This document shows, piece by piece, positions 41,832 to 53,982 of a DNA stretch of 64,000 nt (position 1 is its first letter; every line of letters starts with the position of its first letter). The notes below the pieces were generated by a model, which saw only the letters and a list, made by a program, of their open reading frames with translations, was not told where the DNA came from and made no database searches. Origin of the DNA: Phoronis australis (lineage: Eukaryota > Animalia > Phoronida); contig NMRA01000041.1 of NCBI GenBank assembly GCA_002633005.1, positions 873,294 through 937,293 on the forward strand, read 5' to 3'. A program made the position numbers and the translations under genes.

Positions 41832-43920
41832 GCACATGCGCCATTTTAGAATTCGCAATTTTAGGGTTCGCCAACCCCAAAAAATTCGGAAACGGTTTCT
41901 TAAATCAACGATGGTTTCGGAATATTAGGAGACAGGTTTTATGGGAGTTAAAAGTTCAGTTCAATTTTCGTTTATAGCCAACTAAACTGGACGAAGTGCA
42001 GCTTCAAGCGCGATAGAAATGTGAAGTAAACGATTTTGAAAACAATGGTGACTGTTGGTAGGCAGTTCGATAATGCCAATTACAGAAGTAGACTTCGCAT
42101 TTGTACATTTTCTCGCCACAAGCAAGAACAATGCGTAACTGTAGGACAATACTTGAACATCTGGCGGGAACTCATACTGCCATAGATATTGAGTTTGCGT
42201 GTAATAATATGCTGAAGACTAATGATATGCAGGAATAATAATAATGCTACAGCGATATTTACGGCTTTCGCGTAACTCGCAATCACGGGTAGGACTGCGT
42301 GAAGAATAGTTTTTAGAATTGAAGGAAACTAGGAACCACATAAGTAGCAACCATTCTTTTGACTTCATCAGTGCTAGGTTGTGCAGTGATCTGTCTCCAT
42401 GGCAGCGCATGCGGAACTTTGGCGTTTTCAACAAGCCTTCAGCAGCTGCCGCACATTCTGCCTTTATGGCATCAATGATCAAGATTCGCAACATATCACG
42501 GGCTGGAATTAGTTTGAGAAAATTAGATTCGTATTAGGAAGCTGCACGATAGTTAAACATAGTTCTGAACAGTATTCATGGTCATGGGGCTCACTACATG
42601 AGATTTTCGGGTTTTGTCACACAATTTTTGTTAGAAACATTATTTTGTACATTTTATCATTTTGCAATAAACATCTCAACGACATTCTCTAGTTTTTATC
42701 TTTAGCTCGAAACATCTCATCATCGCAATATTTTCCCCAATAAGTCAACTAGCAATAGTGGATCTTATCCATGAGGCAATTAATGAACTAGATTCGATCC
42801 TCGGCTGTAACGTGTCTAATTACGAACGCGGACTCACAATATTAAAAAAATCTAAACAATGATGAAAGAGTTTATCTAAAACGCAATGATTTCCAAAGAT
42901 TGCGGTGTATGGGTCTTGAACTGAAGTAGCTAACAGCGAAAATCAGTAAAGCTGAAATCGCAGAGTTCAAACTGAAACAAGTTAGCGGCAGTGAATTGTC
43001 CTGTTGAGGCAATCAATAACCGTCATTATTATCCATGGTGTTATCGTTGTACTGAAGAACGTTACTACCCTTACTAAAGAACCAAAACAAAATGTTCCGC
43101 ATCAAAGCAAGAGCGAAAACAACAGTCTGTGGCGATGCAGGGTGTTTTAAAAGACAATTTTAAAGACAAATTTAGGGAAGCGTTTGAATCTATAAGCTAC
43201 AGGCTACCCTATCTCTCCGGAAAAAGTTTCGGCGGCAATGTGAAGTTTTCTGCATTTGGATGCAAAATCGCACTGCTCTGCAACTTACATATCTGGAACC
43301 ACTGAAGTATTCGTACATTTAAAAGTATTATCCGTATATACTTTTACAGATCTTGTGTATTCGGTATGTACTCTTTGGGTTACAACACAACATAAGACCA
43401 GTGTCACCTAGCTCGTGTGCCGTAAAAATCGTACTGCAAGTTTGGTGCAGCACAACTTCGAATTCAATATGCGGTCGCGAGGCACTCGAATACGAATGTT
43501 AATCTAACACATGCACAGGAAATCAGAACGAGACATATGGATTTTCAGAAATTAATGCCATGACAAATCCGCAATAATTGTCGAAAAAACTCAGGAGCAG
43601 CAGTACCGGCATTTTCAGTAAGTAAAAGTCCACCACGAACAAGCACATTTCAACGCGCAGAAAGATATTGGTTTAAGAACATCTTGGCGCTTCAGATTGG
43701 ATGGATGGGGGCAGGTTAATCACTGACCGATGTTAATAGCTTTCGGTGTAGGTAGACTGACGACTAGTTGAGTTAATCTCGGCCGGGCGTTCACAAATCT
43801 ACTCCGAACAAAACATCCGACGTAATGTCTATTCCGAATGCTCAAGCCCGCAGTGCTGCAAAGCCTTCAAGCAACTGTTCCAGTACCGTTGATTCAGTAC
43901 TCTGCTGTCCGTAAATTTAC

Positions 43921-44034
43921 CTGGCTCTCTATTGACTAACGCTGCCATGGTAACCGCTGATTCTGTAACTGTAACTGTAACTTGAAATCAGTTTCAATTG
44001 ACACACACTCTGAACTCAAGCCTTAGTTTTTATA
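43921..44034 (-). promoter_or_regulatory. Candidate TATA promoter plus first coding exon (MAALVNREP-G) of an unidentified minus-strand gene
   Basis: TATAAAAA at 44034-44027, accATGg at 43948, and donor CAG|GTAAAT at 43921/43920; no downstream exon identified. Confidence 0.35.
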
Positions 44035-44658
44035 GTCCTTTTCACTGTTCTGGATCTTTTCACTAGTAAACAAACACAATCTAGAACTTAGCGGATTTCT
44101 ATACACACAAGCAAAGCTCTAGAATGGTCCATACTACGCTTGTTTTTTAAATCACCAGTGAACATTCTTCCAGGGCCTCTACTGAGTATTCTATTGTAAA
44201 TAGATCACATCATCGCTTGCTTGTGACACTGATGCAACACAGTCATGAGGACAGTGGTGTAGTGGTAAAATTAGGTACTGCATGAGTAGGCGCCCAAGGC
44301 CCCTTGAGCACTGAACGTAACTTACGGTACGTAGGCGCTACGTTAAAATGCCAAAAGGTGGTTGGCTGCGCATACGTGCGCTTACTATACGCCCCACTAC
44401 AGCACTGCACGGGGATCGGCGTGAGGCGGACACAGATGCGAGCAGGCCCGCAGTTGCTTCAGTTATATAGCCTAACCTGCCTCTATCGGTGCCAGGTCAG
44501 ATCATGCATAGGCAAATGGGCAAGTTACTGTGGTAATTTTGTATCTGATACATGCGCGCACCTAGCCTAAAATGTAGGGCCGGGGCTCGAATTTTTCGCA
44601 ATATGCGCACCCTTTTACTGAATGAAATCAACTACGAGGACTAAAAAAGAAAAAAAAA

Positions 44659-45381
44659 NNNNNNNNNNNNNNNNNNNNNNNNNNNNNNNNNNNNNNNNNN
44701 NNNNNNNNNNNNNNNNNNNNNNNNNNNNNNNNNNNNNNNNNNNNNNNNNNNNNNNNNNNNNNNNNNNNNNNNNNNNNNNNNNNNNNNNNNNNNNNNNNNN
44801 NNNNNNNNNNNNNNNNNNNNNNNNNNNNNNNNNNNNNNNNNNNNNNNNNNNNNNNNNNNNNNNNNNNNNNNNNNNNNNNNNNNNNNNNNNNNNNNNNNNN
44901 NNNNNNNNNNNNNNNNNNNNNNNNNNNNNNNNNNNNNNNNNNNNNNNNNNNNNNNNNNNNNNNNNNNNNNNNNNNNNNNNNNNNNNNNNNNNNNNNNNNN
45001 NNNNNNNNNNNNNNNNNNNNNNNNNNNNNNNNNNNNNNNNNNNNNNNNNNNNNNNNNNNNNNNNNNNNNNNNNNNNNNNNNNNNNNNNNNNNNNNNNNNN
45101 NNNNNNNNNNNNNNNNNNNNNNNNNNNNNNNNNNNNNNNNNNNNNNNNNNNNNNNNNNNNNNNNNNNNNNNNNNNNNNNNNNNNNNNNNNNNNNNNNNNN
45201 NNNNNNNNNNNNNNNNNNNNNNNNNNNNNNNNNNNNNNNNNNNNNNNNNNNNNNNNNNNNNNNNNNNNNNNNNNNNNNNNNNNNNNNNNNNNNNNNNNNN
45301 NNNNNNNNNNNNNNNNNNNNNNNNNNNNNNNNNNNNNNNNNNNNNNNNNNNNNNNNNNNNNNNNNNNNNNNNNNNNNNNNN
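44659..45381. other. Assembly gap (723 N)
   Basis: Run of N; probably hides MRTO4 exon 1. Confidence 0.99.
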
Positions 45382-45756
45382 TCTCGTGTTATTGTTAAGT
45401 GCGGCGACAAATACTACCGCTCTGCAGCCAAAAATGTGTGGGTTGGGAGTGGACGGGCGAGCTGAAAGGACGCAGACGCATGCTACTGATGGTGGTAACG
45501 GTTTTTTTTTTAGTCCTCCCGATTTTTGTCGGGGAAAGGTTCACATTGACCATTTCAAGGCTGGTTATCGGGCATGATTTGGGCCGTAAAAGTTTCCGCG
45601 TTTTTTGTCATTGGTCATTCCAAGCCCTGAAAGGCGCAGCAATATGGTAGTATAATGGCAAGCAGCGGATAAATGTGCCCTTTCTGTGTCAACCTTTGTG
45701 AACTGAGTAGTAGATGATGACAATCATAACTTGCAATTTTTGTTTTCTGTTTCCAG

Positions 45757-48700
45757 TATCCTTAACACAGACAAGGAAGAAGGGTCTGGAATTGAAACAG
45801 TCTTTAATACAGGAAGTGAGTGAAGAGCTATAATTGTACGCGGTATTGTTGGACTACAGTCAATGTTCCCCTTCCGAGCTGTTTGAGTTTGGAGCCACTG
45901 TTGTTCCTAGTTTATCTTCGCATCAGTTTTGAAAGTTTTAGAGAAGCTTGTTGATATCTAAATCAGCAAATGAAGTTTGGTAGTTTCTGCCTGAACTAGA
46001 GTAGTTGTGAGGCCTACTGCATAAATTGTGATGTGCAAGACATAAAATAATTTTAATCAGAAGAAAAACTTTATGCAATGAATTTAGTAATTGAGAGTAT
46101 TTTTGCGAACTATCAGGGTCAAGGCCACTGCAACTTAGCCATGAGTGAGCACTTCAAGTTCACTCATCAAGTGTGGACTAAGTATATGTGCACTTCCAAG
46201 TTCCATTACGCTTAATTGTCGTGAGAGACCGTCCGGAGTTGGTATATGATGCAACTCGGGACGGTCTGGGGTCTATAGAAAACCACAGTTCAACTGTGAG
46301 TCTACACCAACGTGATAAACGAAAATAGTTCTACTTGCTGCGTTAGCTGCTGGTATGCTTATCTATTTTATGACACACTATGTGTGACTGGGCAAAGCGT
46401 TTTCAAAATAATGTGGATAAATCAGTGGAGTGTGAGACCCCTGAGGTCCCTGTCAAGTCCTCATGGCAATTTTATGTTATGACTCATCAATTGTGGATTA
46501 CATTTATGGGTACTCATCTCCACATATTATTTTGTACTTGAGCACAAAAATGCTTGTCTTTTAATGGAAAAAATTAACCTTCAAGATGACATAAATTTGC
46601 ACCTTTTGTCAAAAAACTACTTTTGATTGAGACCTCTTGCCATTGTACAATTGACCTCGTTTTGTTCACACATTGACCTTGTTTTGTTCACCTGGGCTAT
46701 CAATTGGTGTAATCTCAATATGTAGTTTGGTTTTGGTTGTTCTTTAGTTGCATGATGATGAAATAAAATTGCGAAGCCTTACTGTCCATTTCATTTCATG
46801 TCATACTGAGGAATTTTTATATTTTTTACAGGTTCGAGATTGTGTGGACCGCTATGCCAGAATAATTATTTTTACAGTTCACAACATGAGGAATGAGAAA
46901 CTGAAATTTGTCAGACAGGAGTGGAAACATAGTAGGCATGTATTTTGTGATGGAGGGAATTATTATTTCATTATCCAAGACAGAAATATGGTTTAGTAAA
47001 CACAGAATATCACCTTTCTTTCCATGTTGTAAATTATCAGTTTTTACTCTTTCATAGTGAAAAATAACATAAAAAGACTGACGTTTTCTGCTGTTCAATG
47101 TGACATAGCTCCATTTTACTGATGCCTTGCCTGATTTATTATTTCTCAAAATCCCAAAAGATCGGTGCCATCTTAAGAAACATTGAGTAACTACTTGAAA
47201 ATGTCTGATGCACTGAGAAAAATTATCTGTAGATTTGTGGTCATATTGTATTGATTTCAATGATGGATTGTATTCTTAGTTTTTTAATTATGAAACAAAC
47301 ATACTTAAAATTATAACATCTGCTACTGAATTACATAAATTTTATGAAAGAAGTCTTGATTCTGTGAATTCTGTTCATTTTCTATTATTTTGAAGGGTCT
47401 GTTGGAATGAATGTTTTAACTTGTTCTTACCCAGTGTTCAAATTTTTGCACGTGTTTGACGTGCACATGGTTGACATTACATAATGCATAGTATCTGAAA
47501 GCGTCATTTGTACCTTAAGTAGCTAGCGCCACCTTTAGGCATTTTGTTTGACGTGCACATGGTTGACATTACATGTGTGTCTCATGTTGATGCTTGTTTC
47601 TTAACTAGAACAAGAAAAAGCAAGTTTTTAAATTTGGCTATCTGCATTCTGATGAGTATTTTAAATTTGGCTATCTGCATTCTGATGAGTATGAGCAAAT
47701 TGTTATTTTTTTTTGTCAACATCAAAATTGTCACAATGTGGAAATCATGTCTCTAAAGTCCCATGTTGAGTTAACATCTCTTATTTCTCTCGGTAATACT
47801 GTTATTGACTAATTTGGTAGTTTGTCTAAAACAAAGTTGATTTATCGTCTGTATAGTGCTCTGTAAATCTACAAGTTTATAAGTTTTAATTGCGTAAAAG
47901 TTTACATATTCCAGAAATAGATAGACTGTAAGGTTTAATTTTTGGTTTTCTTCCAGTTGCGATTTATCAGGTCATGTGACCATGCCTTTCTGAAAAAGAT
48001 AGATACATTCATAGCAAAACGGCAGCATGAATAAAATGACCAATGAAATCCCAAAAATGTTGTTATTACTGTTTTCTAAATTATTTTGTTTTTTACAACT
48101 TTCAATTTTTTTCATAAAAGCCACAAATCACATTTTTATTACATAAAAGTGGAACATTTCAAAACAATTCTTTTCATTGTTTTGGGGAACAGTGCATAAT
48201 GCATAGTATCTGAAAGCGTCATTTGTACCTTAAGTAGCTAGCGCCACCTTTAGGCATTTTGTTTTGCAATTTGAATCTATGCTAATAGCTTACCACATTG
48301 TTTGTTGTCAGGTTTTTCTTCGGGAAAAACAGAGTAATGGCGATTGCCTTTGGCAAGGGGCCTGAGGACGAATACAGAGACAACTTATCCGAGTTGAGTA
48401 AGAGGCTGCATGGCCAAGCTGGGCTGTTATTTACCAATGAGAAAACAAAGCACGTTGTCAAGTAAGCTATTGTGTAGATATGAATCTTGTCGATACATCA
48501 AGAAGATAAATTTATGAAAAGTTTTCTCTTCATCTATTTTTTGTACAGTGCACATAAAAAGTACCAGTAATTGGAAAAATTCTATTTCCCTGTTATGAAG
48601 GATTATTCCAGCAGTCATCATTTCTTTTAAATTCTTTTTATTGATTTATATTTTCACCTCGTTTCTTTTCTGTTAAATTCCCTGGTGTTAATCCAGCATT

Positions 48701-51288
48701 TCACAACTGAGGTGTCCAAAATGGGTTGCCATCTTCTCAGGGCTTCCATGACCAACGTGTTTTTATGACCCCAAGTCAAATTGTTGTTATAATTTAGTAT
48801 GTTAGTGGGGAGACATAGGTCTGCAATACAGTTTGATGTATCTTATGAAAGAGACATCATTCATTGCTTACGTTTGAACTTTATGTGGGCGTCCAAATGC
48901 TGAGCAGGGCATCCGAGCTGGGATGTTTAAATTTGTTTGAGGGATCCATTTGGAAGTCTGCTAGATGAAGACCTGATTCCCTGTCATTTCTGATCCTTGC
49001 AGTCCACTCTTGTGACTTGGATTTGGTTTTCGTTCAGCCTTTATGGTGGGTGATTCTGGGTCATTTTGCTAGGCAACTTTTTTACACATTTTGACAAAAC
49101 GTTTATTTCAAGGTAATTAGACTACGCCTATGTGACCAACATGCACTCTTGATTTGAAATTTAGATGTCATTATACATGTAAGCTATTTTTTTGACTGAC
49201 TTTGAAGTACTTCCAAAAGGATTAAATGGAATATAATAATGTAATGCTATTTGTCAGTAATGCAAGTCCATGCTGTTCCTGTTGTCTTTTAATGTTCTCT
49301 TATTGTCTTTCTGAACGGTGTTACTGATACATTTTACATTTTAACCTTTGACTTTCCTCTCTGCAGTTGGTTTGACTCTCACCGAGAGCTGGATTACGCC
49401 CGCTCGGGTAACATTGCTCAGCAGACTGTGACGTTACAAGCGGGCCCCCAGAAACAGTTCTCTCACTCCATGGAGCCCCAGTTGAGACAATTGGGGCTGC
49501 CTACCAGTTTACAAAGAGGTATACATTACTATTTTTTCAAGTTATTTATTTTTCGTTAAAATGCATCTGGTTTCCTCAAGATTATGACGAATGTTTAATA
49601 GGAGCTTAGGGGAATAGTAACTCTAAATCTTGAAATTTAGCTACAAAGACACACTTTCTTCACAATTTTGCCCAGTTTTAATGAGGAAAATTTTCATATA
49701 AGTTTTTGAAAACGACTGTACCGACTAGGTTGGCCATTTTAAAAAGTGATATAAGTGGAATTTATTAATATTTATGGAGCTCAGTGTAGAAATTTTACCG
49801 TTTTTTTAGCACTGTAAGGCCATTTGATGACAATGAGCTGGGCAGCTTGTGTTCAGTTTGTACTGTTACTAGCAGTCAATGAACTTCACTGTCTGTACCA
49901 GAAACCTCTGAAAAGATTCTGCTCCAGAACACAATTATTCAAAACTCAAGTTCTGTATGTAGCTTTATACTGGAAAGTGTTTTGTTTTGTGAAGTTCTCA
50001 ACTCATTGAAAGGCAAAGTAAGGATGAGGGTCGATACCTGCCACATCTGAAATGTGCCAGGGGGCGCTGACAGCGATATGCTTGCTTGTGGTGAGGATAC
50101 TATGTGGCTAAATGTAAGAGGGATCTAATTCAACAGTTTGTTGTCTTCGTATAGGTGTGGTAACATTATTACAAGATTATCCAGTGTGTAAAAAGGGAGA
50201 TGTCTTGACAGNCTGAGCAAGCCAGAATTTTGGTAGGTACCATTTCACTTTTGCATTCTCTTAGTAACTTGTTTGTGGTAAGAGGCTACATATATTAGTT
50301 GCCTGTGCACTATGACTTGGGAAATAAAAGTTTTAGTGTTAAATGCATTTGAAAGCAGTTATTAAAGATGTCTTTTGACGCTGTTATGGAATTGGTTTCA
50401 AATTGCTCCTTGGTCAAACAGATGGAATTTCTAGTCTTGGAATGAGGGAATTGACAGTTCATTATTGCTGGAGACAGAGTTCTACAAGTTGACATTTCGT
50501 TTTATTTGCTGAGCATGCTCTTTAGATTTAAGACAAAAAATCACTTTTTGTCTGAGTAGGAAACAAGTAGTGACATATTTTATTGCAGTGAAATCCAGTT
50601 TCTTGGACAGAACATTAGATTTATTACCATCTATGCTTTCCTCTTATTTTTATCGAAACTTGAAATAATGGTAACGGTAATTTCTCTCTATTAAGATACC
50701 ACATGACTTTGTTGTTTTTTTAACTTCTTAAAGTATTGTCATTTTTGTTTTCGAAAGTTGTCGACAAATCATCTTCATCCCAGATTAATAAACGGATAAC
50801 GTTTGTAGAAGGTACCTTAAGCGAAAACGACAACACTCTGTTGTCAATTCTATGAATTTTTGCAGAAATTATTTGGTCACATGATGGCGGAGTTTCAAAT
50901 GACCCCAAGTTGTGTGTGGTCGAATGATGGCAAATTTACTATGCTGAAAGACAAGAGTACATCCATACTCCCAAAGAAGATCAAGGTTAAAGGTCAGCAC
51001 AGTTTGTTATAAGATCACACGTATTGGTTTCTTAAACCATGGATTCATCTGTTTTACTGAGATTATAAGCTAGCAACTTAAACTCCAGAAAATTTTTTGA
51101 TCACAGGTCATATAGTGGTGCGCAGTCTAACGAAGAGTTGTTTTAGAAATTGAGGCTGTCTGTCGCTTTTAATTGTTGCCTTTTTGTTTACTTTTACAGC
51201 AAAAGCAAAAGCAGACGATGAGAGCAGTGAAAGTGGAGATGATGGGATGCCGTATGTGGTGGAAGAGGATGGTAGTGATGAGGACTGA
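45757..51288 (+). CDS. MRTO4: mRNA turnover protein 4 homologue (ribosome assembly factor Mrt4); first exon not visible
   Basis: Exons 45757-45815 ([14 protein letters not shown]), 46832-46935 ([15 protein letters not shown]), 48312-48461 ([25 protein letters not shown]), 49367-49518 ([23 protein letters not shown]), 50155-50232 ([15 protein letters not shown]; extra N at 50212), 50866-50992 (KLFG..MAEF) and 51200-51288 (acidic tail, TGA). Confidence 0.95.
46208..46426 (-). mobile_element. Inverted copy of the 28853-29068 hairpin repeat, in an MRTO4 intron
   Basis: acgcttaattgtcgtgagagaccgtccggagttggtatatg... is the reverse complement of the 29068-28853 segment with few differences. Confidence 0.75.
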
Positions 51289-52947
51289 CACCAGGGGGGG
51301 TTAGTGGGGATGATGTGATGTGATGCAGACTGATCCTATACGGCTTAAATGGGGATGACGGAATGTCAATCGTGAGCCGTTTTCACTTCATGGACTATAG
51401 CCAGCCAGAATACAGAGACATGCATATTGAAGCACGCACATGAACACAGGTCATAGTGTGTGTATACATTGCAAATCAAATAAGACATCTAAATTGTAAA
51501 GTAATTTATGCTTATTTAATATATCATTTGAAACATTTAGTTGAGGTAAAGCATACTTTGCACATTTAGCTGCACTTTGTACATTATTTTTGAAATCAAA
51601 TAATAATCAAGATAATCATTGTTTACTTGCAACTACAAAGAAGCTGCCATCTTGTGTGTACACTAACCCTCGTCTGCAGCAGGATTGTACTTTATTGTTG
51701 GTTTTCAAGGTAAATTGTCTGCCTACAGTAGTGGAATTTCACTGCCATCTGTAGTATTTACACACTCTTTTAACTGATCACGGTCTTGGTAAAGGTTGGT
51801 AATGACAAGGGTAGACACCAGGGGATGTAAATCTATGGTGGGTTCACGTGCCTGTTGCATCATAGCCGTGTACTCTAATTATAACATTAACAAGTACACA
51901 ATGTAAATCTGGAATGTTTTTTTGTAGTTAAACAATAAATAGCTTTCTTAAAACAACAGCCAAGATGTCAAGTGTTCAACTGAAGATCAAAAACTGTCTG
52001 GTTCATGCAAGTTATGAATTTCTTTTTTGAGTGGTTGAATGGATTAAAGACACCATCTTGTTTGGTAAAAGTACGAATACTCTCAATGTCCAAGTCGTAA
52101 ACTATTCAAAATCATAAACAACCTCCTTTTTCCAGCCTCTTAGCAACAACTATGTGGAGTTGGGGTTTATGTCATGTCTCTTCCATTTTACATTTTTTTC
52201 CTTCACATAACTTGAATTGTCAATTTCAGTAATTGGATTTGTTTGTTGTTTGATGGAAAAATTGACGTATTTACCATCCTTGACATGAATTTTTTTGTGG
52301 AAATTATGTTTTTGCCGTTAAATGTCTTAATGGGCAATGTATGAGAAAGTGTGCTTAAAAGGTAATTAAAATTGTCATTTGGTATGTTCATGGCGTTTAC
52401 TCTCGCCAAAATTTACACGTTCTTGTTAATGTCTAAATATTGGTCCTATTTTTACATTTCATGTAGTATTTGGATCTGGTAAATTATATAAATTTATCTG
52501 ATGAACATTACACAACACAGAATATTTTCCGTCAGCTCATTTATGGAATGTCTTTGACTGATAAACAAAAAATATTCAAATAGCAAGCAGAAAATTACAA
52601 AAATATGTCCACTACAAAATGCTTGTATGAAATGCAGTTTCCTGGACGGAGATCAGATTCTCAAAAACAACTCTACAAAACTACAGTTTGAATCATAAAT
52701 AAGACAAGTAATGTTATGAGTAAATGACATCACAACTGAAACTTCCCACTTACATCACAATGAAATTGAAAGCAAGCTGCTCCAGGTGCAATTTTTTTTT
52801 TAATTGTCCAGTGCAAATGTCTGTAGGCCCCAATGGTGCAAAATTTATGAAAATCGATCTATGAATCACCGCTTTTGCAAGAGTGGGCATCTGCTCCTGG
52901 TCTTAGTTCATGACAAATTATCTTGAATGAATTACAGAACATACAGT

Positions 52948-53024
52948 TGGAATGCCTGAATGTTACTTTCAACCAATCGGAATGTCTGCATGTTACTTTC
53001 AACCAATCGGAATGCCTGAATGTT
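52948..53024. repeat. 30-bp tandem repeat, about 2.5 copies (ggaatgcctgaatgttactttcaaccaatc)
   Basis: Read directly. Confidence 0.8.
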
Positions 53025-53982
53025 GCTTCATTCTGTTAACTAAAAAGAAGTTGGATCCACCATACTTTCTAAGAGCTACTCTGCACAGCACCTTGAAATA
53101 GTGTATACACAAACATGCTACCTTAGATTTGCTTACGGTGTGCTTCTGTCAAGAACTTGTTCCAGGACATCTCGCGTTCACAATAACAATTATTTTTGAA
53201 ACAACTTGCATCTGATTTTAATGCAGTGTAAACGGGGTGTTTCAGTAACTTACGAATGTTAATAAATATGTCAATAACTAAATACATATATCAAAACCAT
53301 CCTTCATGGTACACAGTCAATTAAGATCATGATCACCAATACATTGATTCATAATTTACAATACAGTACATTCACTTTTAAGCAGTATACTGCACTACAA
53401 ACTTGTATAGCACCTCGTACAACTGAGAATCATTGACAACATACACAGTTTTTGGATGTAAACATTCCAACTGTGTAAAACATTCTCTCAGCTAACATAA
53501 GCGTCAACTAATTCAACACAAAAGCAAATTTAAGTACTTGAAATGTGATTGCCAAAAGTATGCTTCACAAATAATATCAGCTACGCAGATGAATAGACTC
53601 GACATATAACAGGTGGCGCTGACGTAGAGTTGGCTCATTTTCTTATCTGAATAGATTGAAAACAGAAAGTTTTTCACGAACTCATGGGGGGTTTGTGGAA
53701 TGAGGGTACCACGTGACTACCTGAGTGCAGTGCACAGGAGTGTCTATTCACTGACGCCACCTTGCAAATTACCAGCCCTTTGTTCAACAGATGAGTAACC
53801 AGGGCTGCATTCTGTGAGAAAAGCAAAATCACGCAAGGGAAAAGAGACTGTTTCGCTACAAGAAATTAGAGAGTATCCTTTAATGAGATTTTACGCAAAA
53901 CTTGTGATGAGGTTTTGTAAAAGCTTTCATTCTACATTCTGACCTACTTTAAAACCTTAGTGGTTTAAATAAAGTGACTGTC

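Noticed and set aside
44622-45410. 258/260-aa ORFs; MKSTTRTKKEKK as MRTO4 exon 1
   Set aside because: The ORFs are translations of the N gap, and the peptide does not match the conserved MPKSKRxK start
28853-46426. 17-kb composite transposon bounded by inverted repeats
   Set aside because: The right copy lies inside an MRTO4 intron, there is no shared TSD, and independent insertions are the simpler explanation
46750-46812. Intronic C/D-box snoRNA (ATGATGA...CTGA) in MRTO4
   Set aside because: Short, no convincing terminal stem or recognisable rRNA guide, and very close to the acceptor
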